A DNA stretch of 28,334 nucleotides from Nitrospiraceae bacterium (GCA_020354155.1 CP070644.1:1990204-2018537); one strand, 5' to 3'; positions 18,032 to 27,134 are shown, counted from the stretch's first letter. Notes: generated by a model not told the origin, from the letters alone. A program made the numbers and translations.

Positions 18032-18421
18032 TTTCATTACTTTTAGTTTTAAGTGCTTTTCTAATGGATCAAAATCTTTATCATTATGCAAAAGAGCGAA
18101 ATTATTATGAATACAGAATGTTCCTATCAATACATCAATAGTCTTTCTTATAGTTATACCTTTTTGTCGAAGGGCCCTGTAATTCATTGCACTTTTGATA
18201 GCCAGTTCCTGACCAATCATATCCATGAAGGGAAAATCGAGGAGCAACTTCTTTGCAGTTCGAAAATCTTTTTCATTCTGGAAGCCCTGAAGTACTTCAG
18301 CCAATATTATATCCCCCATTATAATAGGCTCTATCCCTAGTGCTTCATCAAGCCAATTGGTTTCTTTGCTTATAGTGCCGTTGAAATAATCAATCCATAT
18401 GGATGAATCAACTACAATCAT
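18026..18421 (-). CDS. vapC: PIN-domain toxin VapC
   Basis: VDSSIWIDYF, EVLQG, IRKTIDVLI, LLHNDKDF; 4-nt overlap with the antitoxin. Confidence 0.95.
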   Translation of the reverse strand: MIVVDSSIWIDYFNGTISKETNWLDEALGIEPIIMGDIILAEVLQGFQNEKDFRTAKKLLLDFPFMDMIGQELAIKSAMNYRALRQKGITIRKTIDVLIGTFCIHNNFALLHNDKDFDPLEKHLKLKVMKI

Positions 18422-18612
18422 TTGTCGAGCCGCATATCATCCAAGTTCCCGGACCATTTAAGTTTGCCTCTATATTTCTTTATCTTCGACAGCTGTTTGA
18501 ATTTAACCAGGAGCTTAAGTCCGGCTTCAATAGCATCTTTCTTTGTCTTCAGTCCAGACGCTTTTAATGCTCCATTCATAAGCTCATCGTCTATAACTAC
18601 GTTTGTTCTCAT
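18418..18612 (-). CDS. vapB: VapB-family antitoxin
   Basis: MRTNVVIDDELM..AL..SGLKTKKDAIEAGL; GGAGG SD before the ATG at 18612. Confidence 0.92.
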   Translation of the reverse strand: MRTNVVIDDELMNGALKASGLKTKKDAIEAGLKLLVKFKQLSKIKKYRGKLKWSGNLDDMRLDK

Positions 18613-18682
18613 CTTTGCCTCCAATGTGTATGTTTAGCTATATTGTACACATTCCATGCCCGTTTGTGCAGATTATTTTTAT

Positions 18683-18814
18683 GTCTAACGTGAAGATGAT
18701 GGATGCACACCATGAAGGACAGTTAAAAGCAATACGACGATTTTCACATCATAAAATAATGCAAGCACATTTCATCATCGCTGGTGTGCATTCCAGTGCA
18801 TGAGATGGTTAGGC
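18683..18814 (-). repeat. attC site of the Fic cassette
   Basis: R'' GCCTAAC, L'' CATGCACT, inner stem TGGATGCACACCA/TGGTGTGCATTCCA, R' GTTAGAC; the L' box looks degenerate. Confidence 0.8.
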
Positions 18815-18826
18815 GATTACTACTCT

Positions 18827-19915
18827 TTAAGATAGATCAACTTCATCACTTAGCGCATCTAAAAGGCTTCCATTAATATAGCCTACCTTTCGATTATATA
18901 ACTCTTGTGATCTTACTATCAGGCCCGCAGACTCCAGTTTCTTTAAGTATGCGTGTGCTGTAGAAAGGCTACCGGCAATGCCATGACCCACTAAATGATT
19001 CGCGAAAACTATTGGCCCGCGAAAAAGGACATTAACGAGGTCTTGCGAATACATATGTGGATCCAATTCTCGAATTGCATTTTTTACCTTTTGCATTGCG
19101 AGACGTACTTTATTGGCACGAATAGTGGATCTCAAAGAAGCTCGATGCATTAATTCTATAAACCAGATCAAATACGGGATAAAGTTGTTTGATTCGTGTG
19201 TGCTCTGAAGTAACTTATAGTATATTTCTCTATCCTTAAGTATCTCACCTGAAAGAAATAGGACTGGTGCTTTGAGTAGTTTTTGTTCCACAAGGTAAAG
19301 CACAATCATTATCCTTCCGCTTCTGCCATTACCATCGGTAAAGGGGTGTATTGACTCGAATTGATAATGTGCTATTGCTGCTTTAATAATTGGATGGATT
19401 TGATCGTCCTTGTTCATCCATACAAATAAGTTATCAAGTAAATCTCTCAGTAATTTCTCCCCGTCAGGCGGTGTATATACTATTTGCCCGGTAGTTTGTT
19501 TTAAAGCAGTTCCTGGAACTTTTCGGACTTTTACCGGCTTATTTCTTATGATCGAGCAAATATCTTCCATTATATTTGTACAGAGAGGCTTCTCAGCATG
19601 CCAAGCGTGGTGTATTGCCTCTCTATACCGATGAACTTCTTTTGTCATCGGGTCAATGGCTTTTTGGGGTGACTCTGAGCCGAATAACTTTCCATCTGTT
19701 GTAACAACTTGCTCAATTTCTGACGAAGCTTTTGCTTCAAGCAAAATTACGCTTTGATACAGTGCTGCCTGATTTGGTAAATGCTCAGCAGTTGCCGAGA
19801 GTTGCGCAAGTGCCTCCGCTGCAGGTACTAGTGCCTTAAATAATTCTATTGATTCAAGAGGTTGGTCGGGTGGAAGCAGAGGCAAATCGTAATATGGTTT
19901 CTTCGGATCAAACAT
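18827..19915 (-). CDS. Fic-family AMPylase, SoFic-like (Fic_N + Fic + putative C-terminal HTH)
   Basis: Canonical HPFTDGNGRSGR; N-terminal PYYDLPLLP; inhibitory-helix-like EAKASSEIEQ. Confidence 0.93.
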   Translation of the reverse strand: MFDPKKPYYDLPLLPPDQPLESIELFKALVPAAEALAQLSATAEHLPNQAALYQSVILLEAKASSEIEQVVTTDGKLFGSESPQKAIDPMTKEVHRYREAIHHAWHAEKPLCTNIMEDICSIIRNKPVKVRKVPGTALKQTTGQIVYTPPDGEKLLRDLLDNLFVWMNKDDQIHPIIKAAIAHYQFESIHPFTDGNGRSGRIMIVLYLVEQKLLKAPVLFLSGEILKDREIYYKLLQSTHESNNFIPYLIWFIELMHRASLRSTIRANKVRLAMQKVKNAIRELDPHMYSQDLVNVLFRGPIVFANHLVGHGIAGSLSTAHAYLKKLESAGLIVRSQELYNRKVGYINGSLLDALSDEVDLS

Positions 19916-19945
19916 TTATTTGCGGTAACCGTACATGTTTTCGTA

Positions 19946-19991
19946 AGTATACCTGCGTACTTGCGATATTTCAAGCAAAACCGCAAGTACG
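19946..19991 (-). promoter_or_regulatory. sigma70 promoter of fic with an overlapping inverted-repeat operator
   Basis: TTGAAA-N17-TATACT; perfect 10-bp inverted repeat CGTACTTGCG (19956-19965) / CGCAAGTACG (19982-19991) flanking the -35. Confidence 0.7.
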
Positions 19992-20050
19992 ATATCTGTA
20001 ACAACTTAACCATTTGAATTAATTATGTTTTGAGTAATCCATTTTATTAC

Positions 20051-20180
20051 GCCTAAGGATAAGTTGACTTGATGCGAGCCCTCGTGTATTAACATTCAAT
20101 TAAACAATTAGAATAAGTAAAACATTAACAGCAAAACAGTCCCCGCTGGCTCGCATTCAATGTCCAACGCCTGGTTATGC
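20051..20180 (-). repeat. attC site of the HigBA cassette (R' lacks the invariant G)
   Basis: R'' GCATAAC contains the antitoxin stop. It is followed by L'' GTTGGACA, stem ATGCGAGCC/GGCTCGCAT and L' AGTCAAC, then TTATCC-TTAGGC. Confidence 0.82.
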
Positions 20181-20435
20181 TGCCGTTTCTTTTTTAATTT
20201 CCCAGCCCGGAAATACAAGTACTGCCGGATGACATTTAAGTGCTATAGCTATAACCTTTGCACGCTCCACTCCAAGCTTAACCCTGTCATTCTCAATTGC
20301 CGATATTGTTGATTGAGGAATTCCTGTGGCTTCAGCCAAGTCATTCTGACTCATTTCCTGCAACTCCCGGATAATCCGCACAGATTCACCAACTGATACA
20401 TCTACTGTTTTTTTTGCCTTTTTAAAGTTTTTCAT
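20175..20435 (-). CDS. XRE-family HTH antitoxin (HigA-like)
   Basis: IRELQEMSQNDLAEATGIPQSTISAIEN...LGVERAK; AGGAG SD before the ATG at 20435, directly downstream of the toxin. Confidence 0.9.
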   Translation of the reverse strand: MKNFKKAKKTVDVSVGESVRIIRELQEMSQNDLAEATGIPQSTISAIENDRVKLGVERAKVIAIALKCHPAVLVFPGWEIKKETAA

Positions 20436-20436
20436 G

Positions 20437-20718
20437 CTACTTTCTCCTGTAATCATGAGGAGTAATATTAATAACTTGTACTAATATCTCTTTTTCAACA
20501 ATCCTATAAATTATTCTATATTTAATGCTTAACCTCGATGATCTATGACCTTTCCAATCGCCTCTTAATGCCTCATCATGAAAGCCCTTGATAAATTTCA
20601 ATCCAGAAGGGCCTGAAATCCTAACAATATCCTTCCATTTTTCATAGCGCTTTAATATTTCAATTGGTAAGGCACTAAGTTGCTTTGATACCTTGCGGTG
20701 CTCATATATTTCCCACAT
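20437..20718 (-). CDS. RelE/HigB-superfamily toxin
   Basis: 93 aa basic protein; GFHDEAL.G.WKG.RSSRL...YR.IY; toxin-first gene order. Confidence 0.88.
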   Translation of the reverse strand: MWEIYEHRKVSKQLSALPIEILKRYEKWKDIVRISGPSGLKFIKGFHDEALRGDWKGHRSSRLSIKYRIIYRIVEKEILVQVINITPHDYRRK

Positions 20719-20741
20719 ACTTTATTAAATATATACTAATT

Positions 20742-20770
20742 ATAGTATGTCAAATATGTCTGATTGTCAA
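20742..20770 (-). promoter_or_regulatory. sigma70 promoter of the toxin-antitoxin cassette
   Basis: TTGACA-N17-TACTAT, with a second TTGACA inside the spacer. Confidence 0.75.
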
Positions 20771-20782
20771 TATTTATTTTGT

Positions 20783-20842
20783 GCATAACGCCGAAGCTCA
20801 CCGGCGCCGCTTGGCGGCGTCCGGTGCAGCGCCTTGTTCGCC
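20783..20842 (-). repeat. Short canonical attC site (60 bp)
   Basis: GGCGAAC-AAGGC-GCTGCACC...GGTGAGC-TTCGGC-GTTATGC, with the extra-helical base in L''. Confidence 0.9.
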
Positions 20843-20852
20843 TTGTTTTTTA

Positions 20853-20949
20853 GCCAATATCCACCCGCAACATGATATATACTCATGTAATTCAGAAAGG
20901 CGGAAAAGGGGTAAAAAGCCCACTGGATAGGCTTGAAAAGGGAAAATAA
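20853..20949 (+). pseudogene. Integron integrase C-terminal remnant A
   Basis: ANI (frameshifted), then MIYTHVIQKGGKGVKSPLDRLEKGK*, a typical IntI tail. Confidence 0.75.
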
Positions 20950-20971
20950 TTTTATTCAGAATTCATGATCT

Positions 20972-21002
20972 CTGGATCCCCCGGTCGGAGCCGGAGGATG
21001 AC
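20972..21002. repeat. REP-like half element
   Basis: CTGGAT-CCCCCGG-TCGGAG-CCGGAGG-ATGAC, the same architecture as 15566-15595. Confidence 0.7.
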
Positions 21003-21013
21003 AGAGGAACTTC

Positions 21014-21181
21014 ACTTGCCATACCTTCCGACATTCTTTCGCAACACACCTTCTTGAAAACGGATACGAAATCCGAACGGTTCAGGAACTCCTCGGACAC
21101 GCTGATGTGTCAACAACGATGATCTATACACATGTTTTAAATAAGCCGGGACTTGCGGCGAAGAGTCCGGCGGATCTTTAG
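21014..21181 (+). pseudogene. intI: Integron integrase C-terminal remnant B
   Basis: [55 protein letters not shown] (HxxR, H and catalytic Y). The frame is closed upstream by TGA at 20999 inside the REP-like element; no start codon. Confidence 0.9.
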
Positions 21182-21212
21182 CGGAATTCTTCAGATCTCG
21201 CAAAAACCTGGA

Positions 21213-21528
21213 CTGGATTCTCTCATCAGCAAGTCGCCTGAGATGACTGGATTAGGTCCGGCATGACGACTTAAAAATAACCCCATAGTTTGTTTCAGGT
21301 CTGCAAGCGAACTGTGAGGGTTAAGAATTAATTCGTGTCTGATCCCGACTTGTCGGGAGAGTTTGAATTAATTTACTGAACAGGAGTGAAGCAGAACGAC
21401 CAGAAACAAACAGGGCGCATTTTTGGCTACTTTTTAGTGCGTGCAAAAAGTAGCTCTGCCCGAAGGGCAAAACGGGGTTTGGGGCAGAGCCCCATTGAAG
21501 AGATCGATTCCGGTCAGGCAGAATGACA
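21213..21528. repeat. Cluster of degenerate palindromic elements
   Basis: CTGGAT...ATGAC at 21213-21247 and 21247-21267; TCCCGAC-TT-GTCGGGA at 21343-21358; GCTACTTTTT/AAAAAGTAGC at 21426-21454; GCTCTGCCC/GGGCAGAGC at 21453-21490. Confidence 0.6.
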
Positions 21529-21556
21529 ATTAATGTTTTTTCTTGAAGTTTTGAAT

Positions 21557-22039
21557 CTACTGCTCCACCGCTATCTGGACAAATGTCCTGTCTTCAGCCT
21601 GTGCTACCTGAACGATAACCTTTTTCCCTGCCTTTTCAGCAGTGACCATGTTCATCATATGCATGGACATGGTATCTCCCACTGACCATCCGCTGCTCTG
21701 AAGCTTTTCCCTGTAATATTGAAAGGCTTCGTCGACAGAACGGTCTGTCTGCAGTTGCACCTGCTGCATGCCCTCACTGCCGGCGGTCTGTGAAAAAGAT
21801 ATCTCGCCCCCTGGAATGACAGGAATATCTGCAGGCCATTCTTCGGGGAGTTTGCCCTTCAGGACAGTCATGGTCAGGCTTTCCCCTTTTTCTGTACTCA
21901 CAGTAATATCAGCTTTATTAGTATCCTCTTTTATTTCTATTGTGCCTTCCTCGGATTCTATGATTTCTCTTTCCGGTTCACATGAAATGAGCATAAAGGC
22001 CAATATAATGAAGGCTGTGATATAAAAAGGTATCTTCAT
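21557..22039 (-). CDS. Hypothetical lipoprotein (alternative start 22090)
   Basis: MKIPFYITAFIILAFMLISC lipobox-like signal; P.DIPV.PG and YY..KL...GW pattern. Confidence 0.75.
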   Translation of the reverse strand: MKIPFYITAFIILAFMLISCEPEREIIESEEGTIEIKEDTNKADITVSTEKGESLTMTVLKGKLPEEWPADIPVIPGGEISFSQTAGSEGMQQVQLQTDRSVDEAFQYYREKLQSSGWSVGDTMSMHMMNMVTAEKAGKKVIVQVAQAEDRTFVQIAVEQ

Positions 22040-22089
22040 GAAAGGTTTACCTTTTTGCTGGTCATGTCCTGCCTGAGCCTCCCTGAACA

Positions 22090-22554
22090 TTAATCCTCAA
22101 CGACCTGGAAGCGTATATACTGGTCAGTAGCATTGATAACTCTGATTTTATAGCTCTTGAATTGAATGAGGGCATTACTGGTTATATCAAAGGTGAGTTC
22201 CTGTGAATAATCAGGGCTGGGATCATCTATCTTGAAATGCTGATATGTCACTCTGATAATATCACCGGAACGTCCCATATAAATGAGTTTCTCCTTGTAG
22301 GAATCAAGGGTGGTAAATTCGTATGACTGCCAGGCATTCTGCTCTTCTGTCAGTCCGTGTTTCTGGGAACTGCGTCCGTAGGTATTGAATTCGGAAATCA
22401 GAATGGGAGTTCCCACGACCGACTGATCCTCAACATTCAGCGTATAGCTTCTTATGTGAGTGCTTCTTTTTGTCTTTAATTTATTGCAGCCTGAGAGCAT
22501 GACCAGGAACAGACTGAGAACGAATACTGCAACGGCTGTTTTTCTCATAATCAA
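22090..22554 (-). CDS. Hypothetical lipoprotein
   Basis: LSGC lipobox; beta-rich C-terminal half. Confidence 0.8.
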   Translation of the reverse strand: MIMRKTAVAVFVLSLFLVMLSGCNKLKTKRSTHIRSYTLNVEDQSVVGTPILISEFNTYGRSSQKHGLTEEQNAWQSYEFTTLDSYKEKLIYMGRSGDIIRVTYQHFKIDDPSPDYSQELTFDITSNALIQFKSYKIRVINATDQYIRFQVVED

Positions 22555-22683
22555 ACCTCCTGCTCTAACCGGTTACCGTACCATTTTATATAAAAAAGAA
22601 TTGAATAAAGGAAATGTTTATGTACAAGTATAGCAGAGTGACCGAATAAGTCAAACTGCCATGGAATATGCGGTACGTCAGTT

Positions 22684-23436
22684 CTACTCTTCCTTAATCA
22701 GCTGTGCAGCCTTGATAAACTCCCTGTTCAGTTTTGCGATAAAGGACACCTTGATTCCCTTGGGACAGGCAGCCTGGCATTCATAGTGATTTGTACAGTT
22801 ACCAAAGCCCTTTGTTAACATTTCTTCAGTCATCATACAGACCCGTCTTTTAGCTTCAGGCCTTCCCTGGGGAAGCATGGCAAGATGGGTGACTTTGGCT
22901 GCTGTAAAGAGCATTGCCGAGCCATTGGGGCAGGCGGCTATGCATGCACCGCAGCCTATGCATTCTGCTGCGTCCATTGCCGTTTCAGCATCACTTCTGG
23001 GAATGAGGAAGGAATTGGCATCAGATACGCCTCCTGTATGAACGGAAATAAAGCCACCGGCCTGAATGATGCTGTCAAGGGCACTGCGGTCGACGATTAA
23101 ATCCTTTATGACCGGAAATGCCTTTGCCCTCCAGGGTTCAATATACACTGTATCGCCGTCATGAAAGTGCCGCATGTGAAGCTGGCACACGGTCGTCCGT
23201 TCCTCAGGACCATGAGGGACGCCGTTGATGACCTGGGAACAGGTTCCGCAAATCCCTTCACGGCAGTCATGGTCAAAGGCGATCGGCTCCGCGTTATTCT
23301 TAATAAGGTCTTCGTTGACCATATCAAGCATTTCAAGAAATGACATGTCCGGACTGATGCCCTGGGCATAATATTTTTCCATTCTGCCCTGGAGCTCTGA
23401 CGACTGCTGACGCCATACATACAGGGTTAGATTCAT
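22684..23436 (-). CDS. sdhB: Succinate dehydrogenase/fumarate reductase iron-sulfur subunit
   Basis: CREGICGTC...[25 protein letters not shown]. Confidence 0.96.
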   Translation of the reverse strand: MNLTLYVWRQQSSELQGRMEKYYAQGISPDMSFLEMLDMVNEDLIKNNAEPIAFDHDCREGICGTCSQVINGVPHGPEERTTVCQLHMRHFHDGDTVYIEPWRAKAFPVIKDLIVDRSALDSIIQAGGFISVHTGGVSDANSFLIPRSDAETAMDAAECIGCGACIAACPNGSAMLFTAAKVTHLAMLPQGRPEAKRRVCMMTEEMLTKGFGNCTNHYECQAACPKGIKVSFIAKLNREFIKAAQLIKEE

Positions 23437-23510
23437 AAATTAATCCCTTCCAATGCCTGGTTTCATAGGATGTGCTCTGTCATTTTGATCTTTTAATTTT
23501 ACAGTTTAAA

Positions 23511-25424
23511 TTATTTGTAACTTCGCACAGAGAGCTCTACATTTTCAAAGGTCAGGGGCTCTTTGTGCATCTCGGGTTTGTTATCACTGCCTGTAAACTC
23601 CCAGGCTGCCACATAATTGAAACGTTCATCGTCACGCAGGGCCTCTCCATCAGGTGTCTGGTATTCCTCGCGAAAATGTCCGCCGCAGGATTCGTTTCTG
23701 TGCAGTGCGTCATGGGCCATGAGTTCTCCGAATTCAAGGAAATCAGCAACACGCCCAGCCTTTTCGAGTTCCTGGTTCAGGGTCTTTCCCGTTCCCGTTA
23801 CCCTTACGTTCTCCCAGAATTCTGCCCGGAGAGCCGGAATTTTCTGGAGCGCGGTCCCAAGGCCATCCTGGCTTCTGGACATTCCAACATTGTCCCACAT
23901 GATCCTGCCCAGTTCATGATGAAATTCAGTTACAGATTTTTTCCCATTGATTGAAAGAAATTTATTGGTCATCTTTTCTATCTCTGCAATGGAATCTTTG
24001 AATGCCGGGTGGTCAGCTGTGACCTTTCCCGGCTCTCTGCGGGCAAGGTAATCTGAAATGGTGGCGGGGATTATAAAATAACCGTCGGCAAGGCCCTGCA
24101 TGAGGGCGCTGGCGCCAAGCCGGTTCGCACCATGATCTGAAAAGTTTGCCTCGCCAAGCACAAAGAGTCCACTGACAGTACTTTCGAGATTATAATCAAC
24201 CCACAGCCCGCCCATCGTGTAGTGAGGGGCCGGGTAGATGCGCATGGGCTGTTCATAGGCATTTTCCGCAGTTATTTTTTCATACATTTCAAAGAGATTT
24301 CCGTACCGCTGCTGGATTGCATTTTGACCCAGTCTCTGGATGGAGTCTGCAAAATCAAGATACACGCCTCTGCTGCCCGGCCCAACACCGCGTCCTTCAT
24401 CACAGACCTCTTTGGCTGACCGTGATGCAATATCCCGTGGTGCAAGATTACCGAAACTGGGATATTTTCTCTCAAGAAAATAATCTCGTTCATTTTCAGG
24501 GATATCATGAGGCGGGCGCTTATCTCCTTTTTGAGCTGGGACCCAGACCCTGCCGTCATTTCTGAGTGACTCTGACATGAGCGTGAGTTTGGACTGGTGC
24601 TCCCCTGAAACAGGGATACAGGTTGGATGTATCTGTGTGTAACAGGGATTTGCAAAAAAGGCCCCTTTCTTATAGGCACGATAGGCGGCAGTCACATTTG
24701 AGCCCATGGCATTTGTGGAAAGATAAAAGACGTTGGCATATCCACCGGTGCAGAGGCACACAGCGTCTGCTGCAGAGGAAAAGATTTTGCCCGTTACCAG
24801 GTCACGCACGATGATGCCTCGTGCGGCTCCGTCAACGACAACAAGATCAAGCATCTCTGTACGGGGATGTATTTGCACAGTCCCTGCCCCGATCTGGCGC
24901 GAAAGGGCAGAATAGGCCCCGAGAAGAAGCTGCTGTCCCGTCTGCCCCCTGGCAAAAAAGGTACGTGAGACCTGGGCGCCGCCAAAAGAGCGGTTTTCCA
25001 GGTAGCCTGCATAATCACGGGCAAAGGGTACACCCTGGGCAACTGCCTGATCGATGATATTATTGCTCAGCGTCGCAAGACGGTAAACATTGGCCTCACG
25101 GGACCGGAAGTCGCCACCCTTGATAGTGTCATAAAAGAGGCGAAATATGCTGTCCCCATCATTGGGATAATTTTTCGCTGCATTGATCCCCCCCTGGGCA
25201 GCGATGCTGTGACCCCTTCTGGGACTGTCCTGATAACAGAAGGCCTCTACCATGTAGCCAAGTTCTCCCAGTGATGCTGCTGCAGAGGCACCGGCAAGTC
25301 CAGTACCAACCACGATAATTTTAAACTTCCTCTTATTGGCGGGATTCACCAGTTTTAAATCCTGTCGTTGTCTGTCCCATTTTTCAGCGAGGGGGCCGGA
25401 AGGGCATTTCCCGTCAAGTATCAT
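23511..25424 (-). CDS. sdhA: Succinate dehydrogenase/fumarate reductase flavoprotein subunit
   Basis: [46 protein letters not shown]. Confidence 0.97.
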   Translation of the reverse strand: MILDGKCPSGPLAEKWDRQRQDLKLVNPANKRKFKIIVVGTGLAGASAAASLGELGYMVEAFCYQDSPRRGHSIAAQGGINAAKNYPNDGDSIFRLFYDTIKGGDFRSREANVYRLATLSNNIIDQAVAQGVPFARDYAGYLENRSFGGAQVSRTFFARGQTGQQLLLGAYSALSRQIGAGTVQIHPRTEMLDLVVVDGAARGIIVRDLVTGKIFSSAADAVCLCTGGYANVFYLSTNAMGSNVTAAYRAYKKGAFFANPCYTQIHPTCIPVSGEHQSKLTLMSESLRNDGRVWVPAQKGDKRPPHDIPENERDYFLERKYPSFGNLAPRDIASRSAKEVCDEGRGVGPGSRGVYLDFADSIQRLGQNAIQQRYGNLFEMYEKITAENAYEQPMRIYPAPHYTMGGLWVDYNLESTVSGLFVLGEANFSDHGANRLGASALMQGLADGYFIIPATISDYLARREPGKVTADHPAFKDSIAEIEKMTNKFLSINGKKSVTEFHHELGRIMWDNVGMSRSQDGLGTALQKIPALRAEFWENVRVTGTGKTLNQELEKAGRVADFLEFGELMAHDALHRNESCGGHFREEYQTPDGEALRDDERFNYVAAWEFTGSDNKPEMHKEPLTFENVELSVRSYK

Positions 25425-25430
25425 GATAAT

Positions 25431-26102
25431 TCAACCTTTCACAATGTTTAATAATATGGAAGTGGGAATGGATACATATCCGATAAAGAGGACAATGGCT
25501 GCAATTGCTCCTGATGTGATTATCAGGGGCAGTGTCCTGTCGTTATTCAGGCCAATGGTCTGAACAGAGCTCTGGATTCCGTGAATGAGGTGCAGTACAA
25601 GAGCGACCAGTGCACTTATATAAATCAAGGCGATGAAGAAATTCTGAAAGCCGGATATCACCATGTGAGCAACATCGGGCCTGCCAAGTGCATCGAGATT
25701 ATTTGCTGCTGCGAGGTCCGGGCTGATGATTTGAAATGTGAAATGCATCAGGTGATAGATGAGGAAGAGACCGATAATGAGTCCGGACCAGATCATGTTT
25801 CGTGAGGCAAAGGTGGAGCGCAGATGTTTCTGAACGGCATATTTCTCAGGCTTTGACTTCCAGTTCTCAAGGGTCAGTTGTATGCTGAAGAAGACATGGG
25901 TGGAAATCACGGCAAGCATTATGAGACGGGTTAACCAGACGAGGACTGGCAGGGAGTGCAGCCTTTCCGCGTACCCATTGAGACCGTCAACAAAGATCGT
26001 TGAGTTTCCTATGACATGGATAATTACGAAAAATACCATGGCCTGGCCTGTAACAGCCATGAGGATTTTCTTGCCCACTGTACTGTTAAAAAATGATTGC
26101 AT
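25431..26102 (-). CDS. sdhC: Succinate dehydrogenase cytochrome b558 subunit (single large anchor)
   Basis: STVGKKILMAVTG; His in successive TM segments (IHVIGN, THVF, YHLMHFT, LHLIHG); first gene of sdhCAB. Confidence 0.93.
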   Translation of the reverse strand: MQSFFNSTVGKKILMAVTGQAMVFFVIIHVIGNSTIFVDGLNGYAERLHSLPVLVWLTRLIMLAVISTHVFFSIQLTLENWKSKPEKYAVQKHLRSTFASRNMIWSGLIIGLFLIYHLMHFTFQIISPDLAAANNLDALGRPDVAHMVISGFQNFFIALIYISALVALVLHLIHGIQSSVQTIGLNNDRTLPLIITSGAIAAIVLFIGYVSIPTSILLNIVKG

Positions 26103-26213
26103 GACCCATCATGTATATGATTTTCAGCAACTATCAGCTCATTGAAATATGCATCATTGTAAAACGAATTGCTATTTTTTACAAACCTCCGGGCCCCGTA
26201 ATAATGTACTGTG

Positions 26214-27134
26214 TCACAGAGTGATCAGGGCAACAACAACAGGGAGCGTGATCATTGAAGAAATGACCTGGACCGTTACAATATTTGCCATGAAAAGACT
26301 GTCTCCCCCAAGCTGTCGGGCTAAAATATAGGCATTGGGAGAGCCGGGGAGTGCGGCAAAAAGAACGGCAATGGCTGATGCTACAGGATCGAGTCCCATC
26401 AACTGCGCTGCTGTAAACATGCACAATGGCATTATTATGAGTTTGATGGCGCAATTGAGAATGATTAGTCTGCCCGAGTTTCTGGCTGCGTTTATATCCA
26501 GCGCGGCGCCAAGGGCCATCAGACCGAGGGGTAGAGAAGCTCTGCCAATTATAAGCAGTGTTTCACTGATGCCTGTATGAAGACCGACCCCGCTGATATT
26601 GATTGCAATTCCTGCTGCACAGGCAATGATCAAAGGGTTCTGAACAATACCAGATATGAGAGAGCTCCAGTTTTTTGATTCTGCCTGACTGGAACCAACC
26701 AGTATCGCTACGCAGAGCACATTAATAAGCGGGATCATGACCCCTATTGCTACGGCTGCCAGGGTGATCCCTGTATCGCCAAAGATGGCAAAAGCTGCGG
26801 ACAATCCGACGTAAGTATTAATGCGAAGGCCTCCCTGAAAGAAAGAGGTGAAAGAGGATGCTGACATTGATAACCACGGCCTGATAAGAAAAAGAAGAGA
26901 TGCCATAAACAGCACTGTTGCCAGGAGTGCAAGAACCATGGGACCAAGGGTATGGATGTCCAGCGTAGCCGAGGCTGTTTTTTGAAACAACAGAGCAGGA
27001 AAGAGTACAAAATAAGTAATACGCTCAGCATAGGGCCAGAACGCATCTCCGGGAAAACGGAATCTCCGAAAGAGGTAGCCCGTCAGTATAACGACAAAGA
27101 TGGGGAGCAGCGAGCCCAGTATTGAAATGTTCAT
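26214..27134 (-). CDS. AEC (auxin efflux carrier) family transporter
   Basis: YFVLFPALLF, RINTYVGL, NPLIIAC, LGLMALGAAL, AYILARQLGGD. Confidence 0.9.
   Translation of the reverse strand: MNISILGSLLPIFVVILTGYLFRRFRFPGDAFWPYAERITYFVLFPALLFQKTASATLDIHTLGPMVLALLATVLFMASLLFLIRPWLSMSASSFTSFFQGGLRINTYVGLSAAFAIFGDTGITLAAVAIGVMIPLINVLCVAILVGSSQAESKNWSSLISGIVQNPLIIACAAGIAINISGVGLHTGISETLLIIGRASLPLGLMALGAALDINAARNSGRLIILNCAIKLIIMPLCMFTAAQLMGLDPVASAIAVLFAALPGSPNAYILARQLGGDSLFMANIVTVQVISSMITLPVVVALITL

Larger units (their letters stand above)
17899..21181 (-). mobile_element. Decayed integron: three-cassette array with four attC sites and integrase remnants
   Basis: attC sites flank each gene unit. Each cassette's 5' core complements its own R'' (TTATGC/GCATAAC, TTAGGC/GCCTAAC, TTAGAC/ATCTAAC with one mismatch). 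IntI-type C-termini lie on the opposite strand. Confidence 0.88.

Noticed and set aside
20843-21013. attI site or Pc promoter
   Set aside because: No convincing attI core or Pc could be identified; the region is occupied by remnant A and a REP-like half.
20685-21203. Track ORFs 20685-20930 (+) and 21012-21203 (-)
   Set aside because: The first runs across a promoter and an attC; the second is antisense to the integrase remnant.
15469-21528. Palindromic repeats or attC sites as a CRISPR array
   Set aside because: No regularly spaced identical direct repeats and no cas genes.
23472-25805. Plus-strand and alternative-frame ORFs over sdhA and sdhC
   Set aside because: Shadows of conserved genes.
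26126-26141. Possible sigma54 promoter before sdhC (TGAGCTGATAGTTGCT)
   Set aside because: It lacks the invariant GG at -24.
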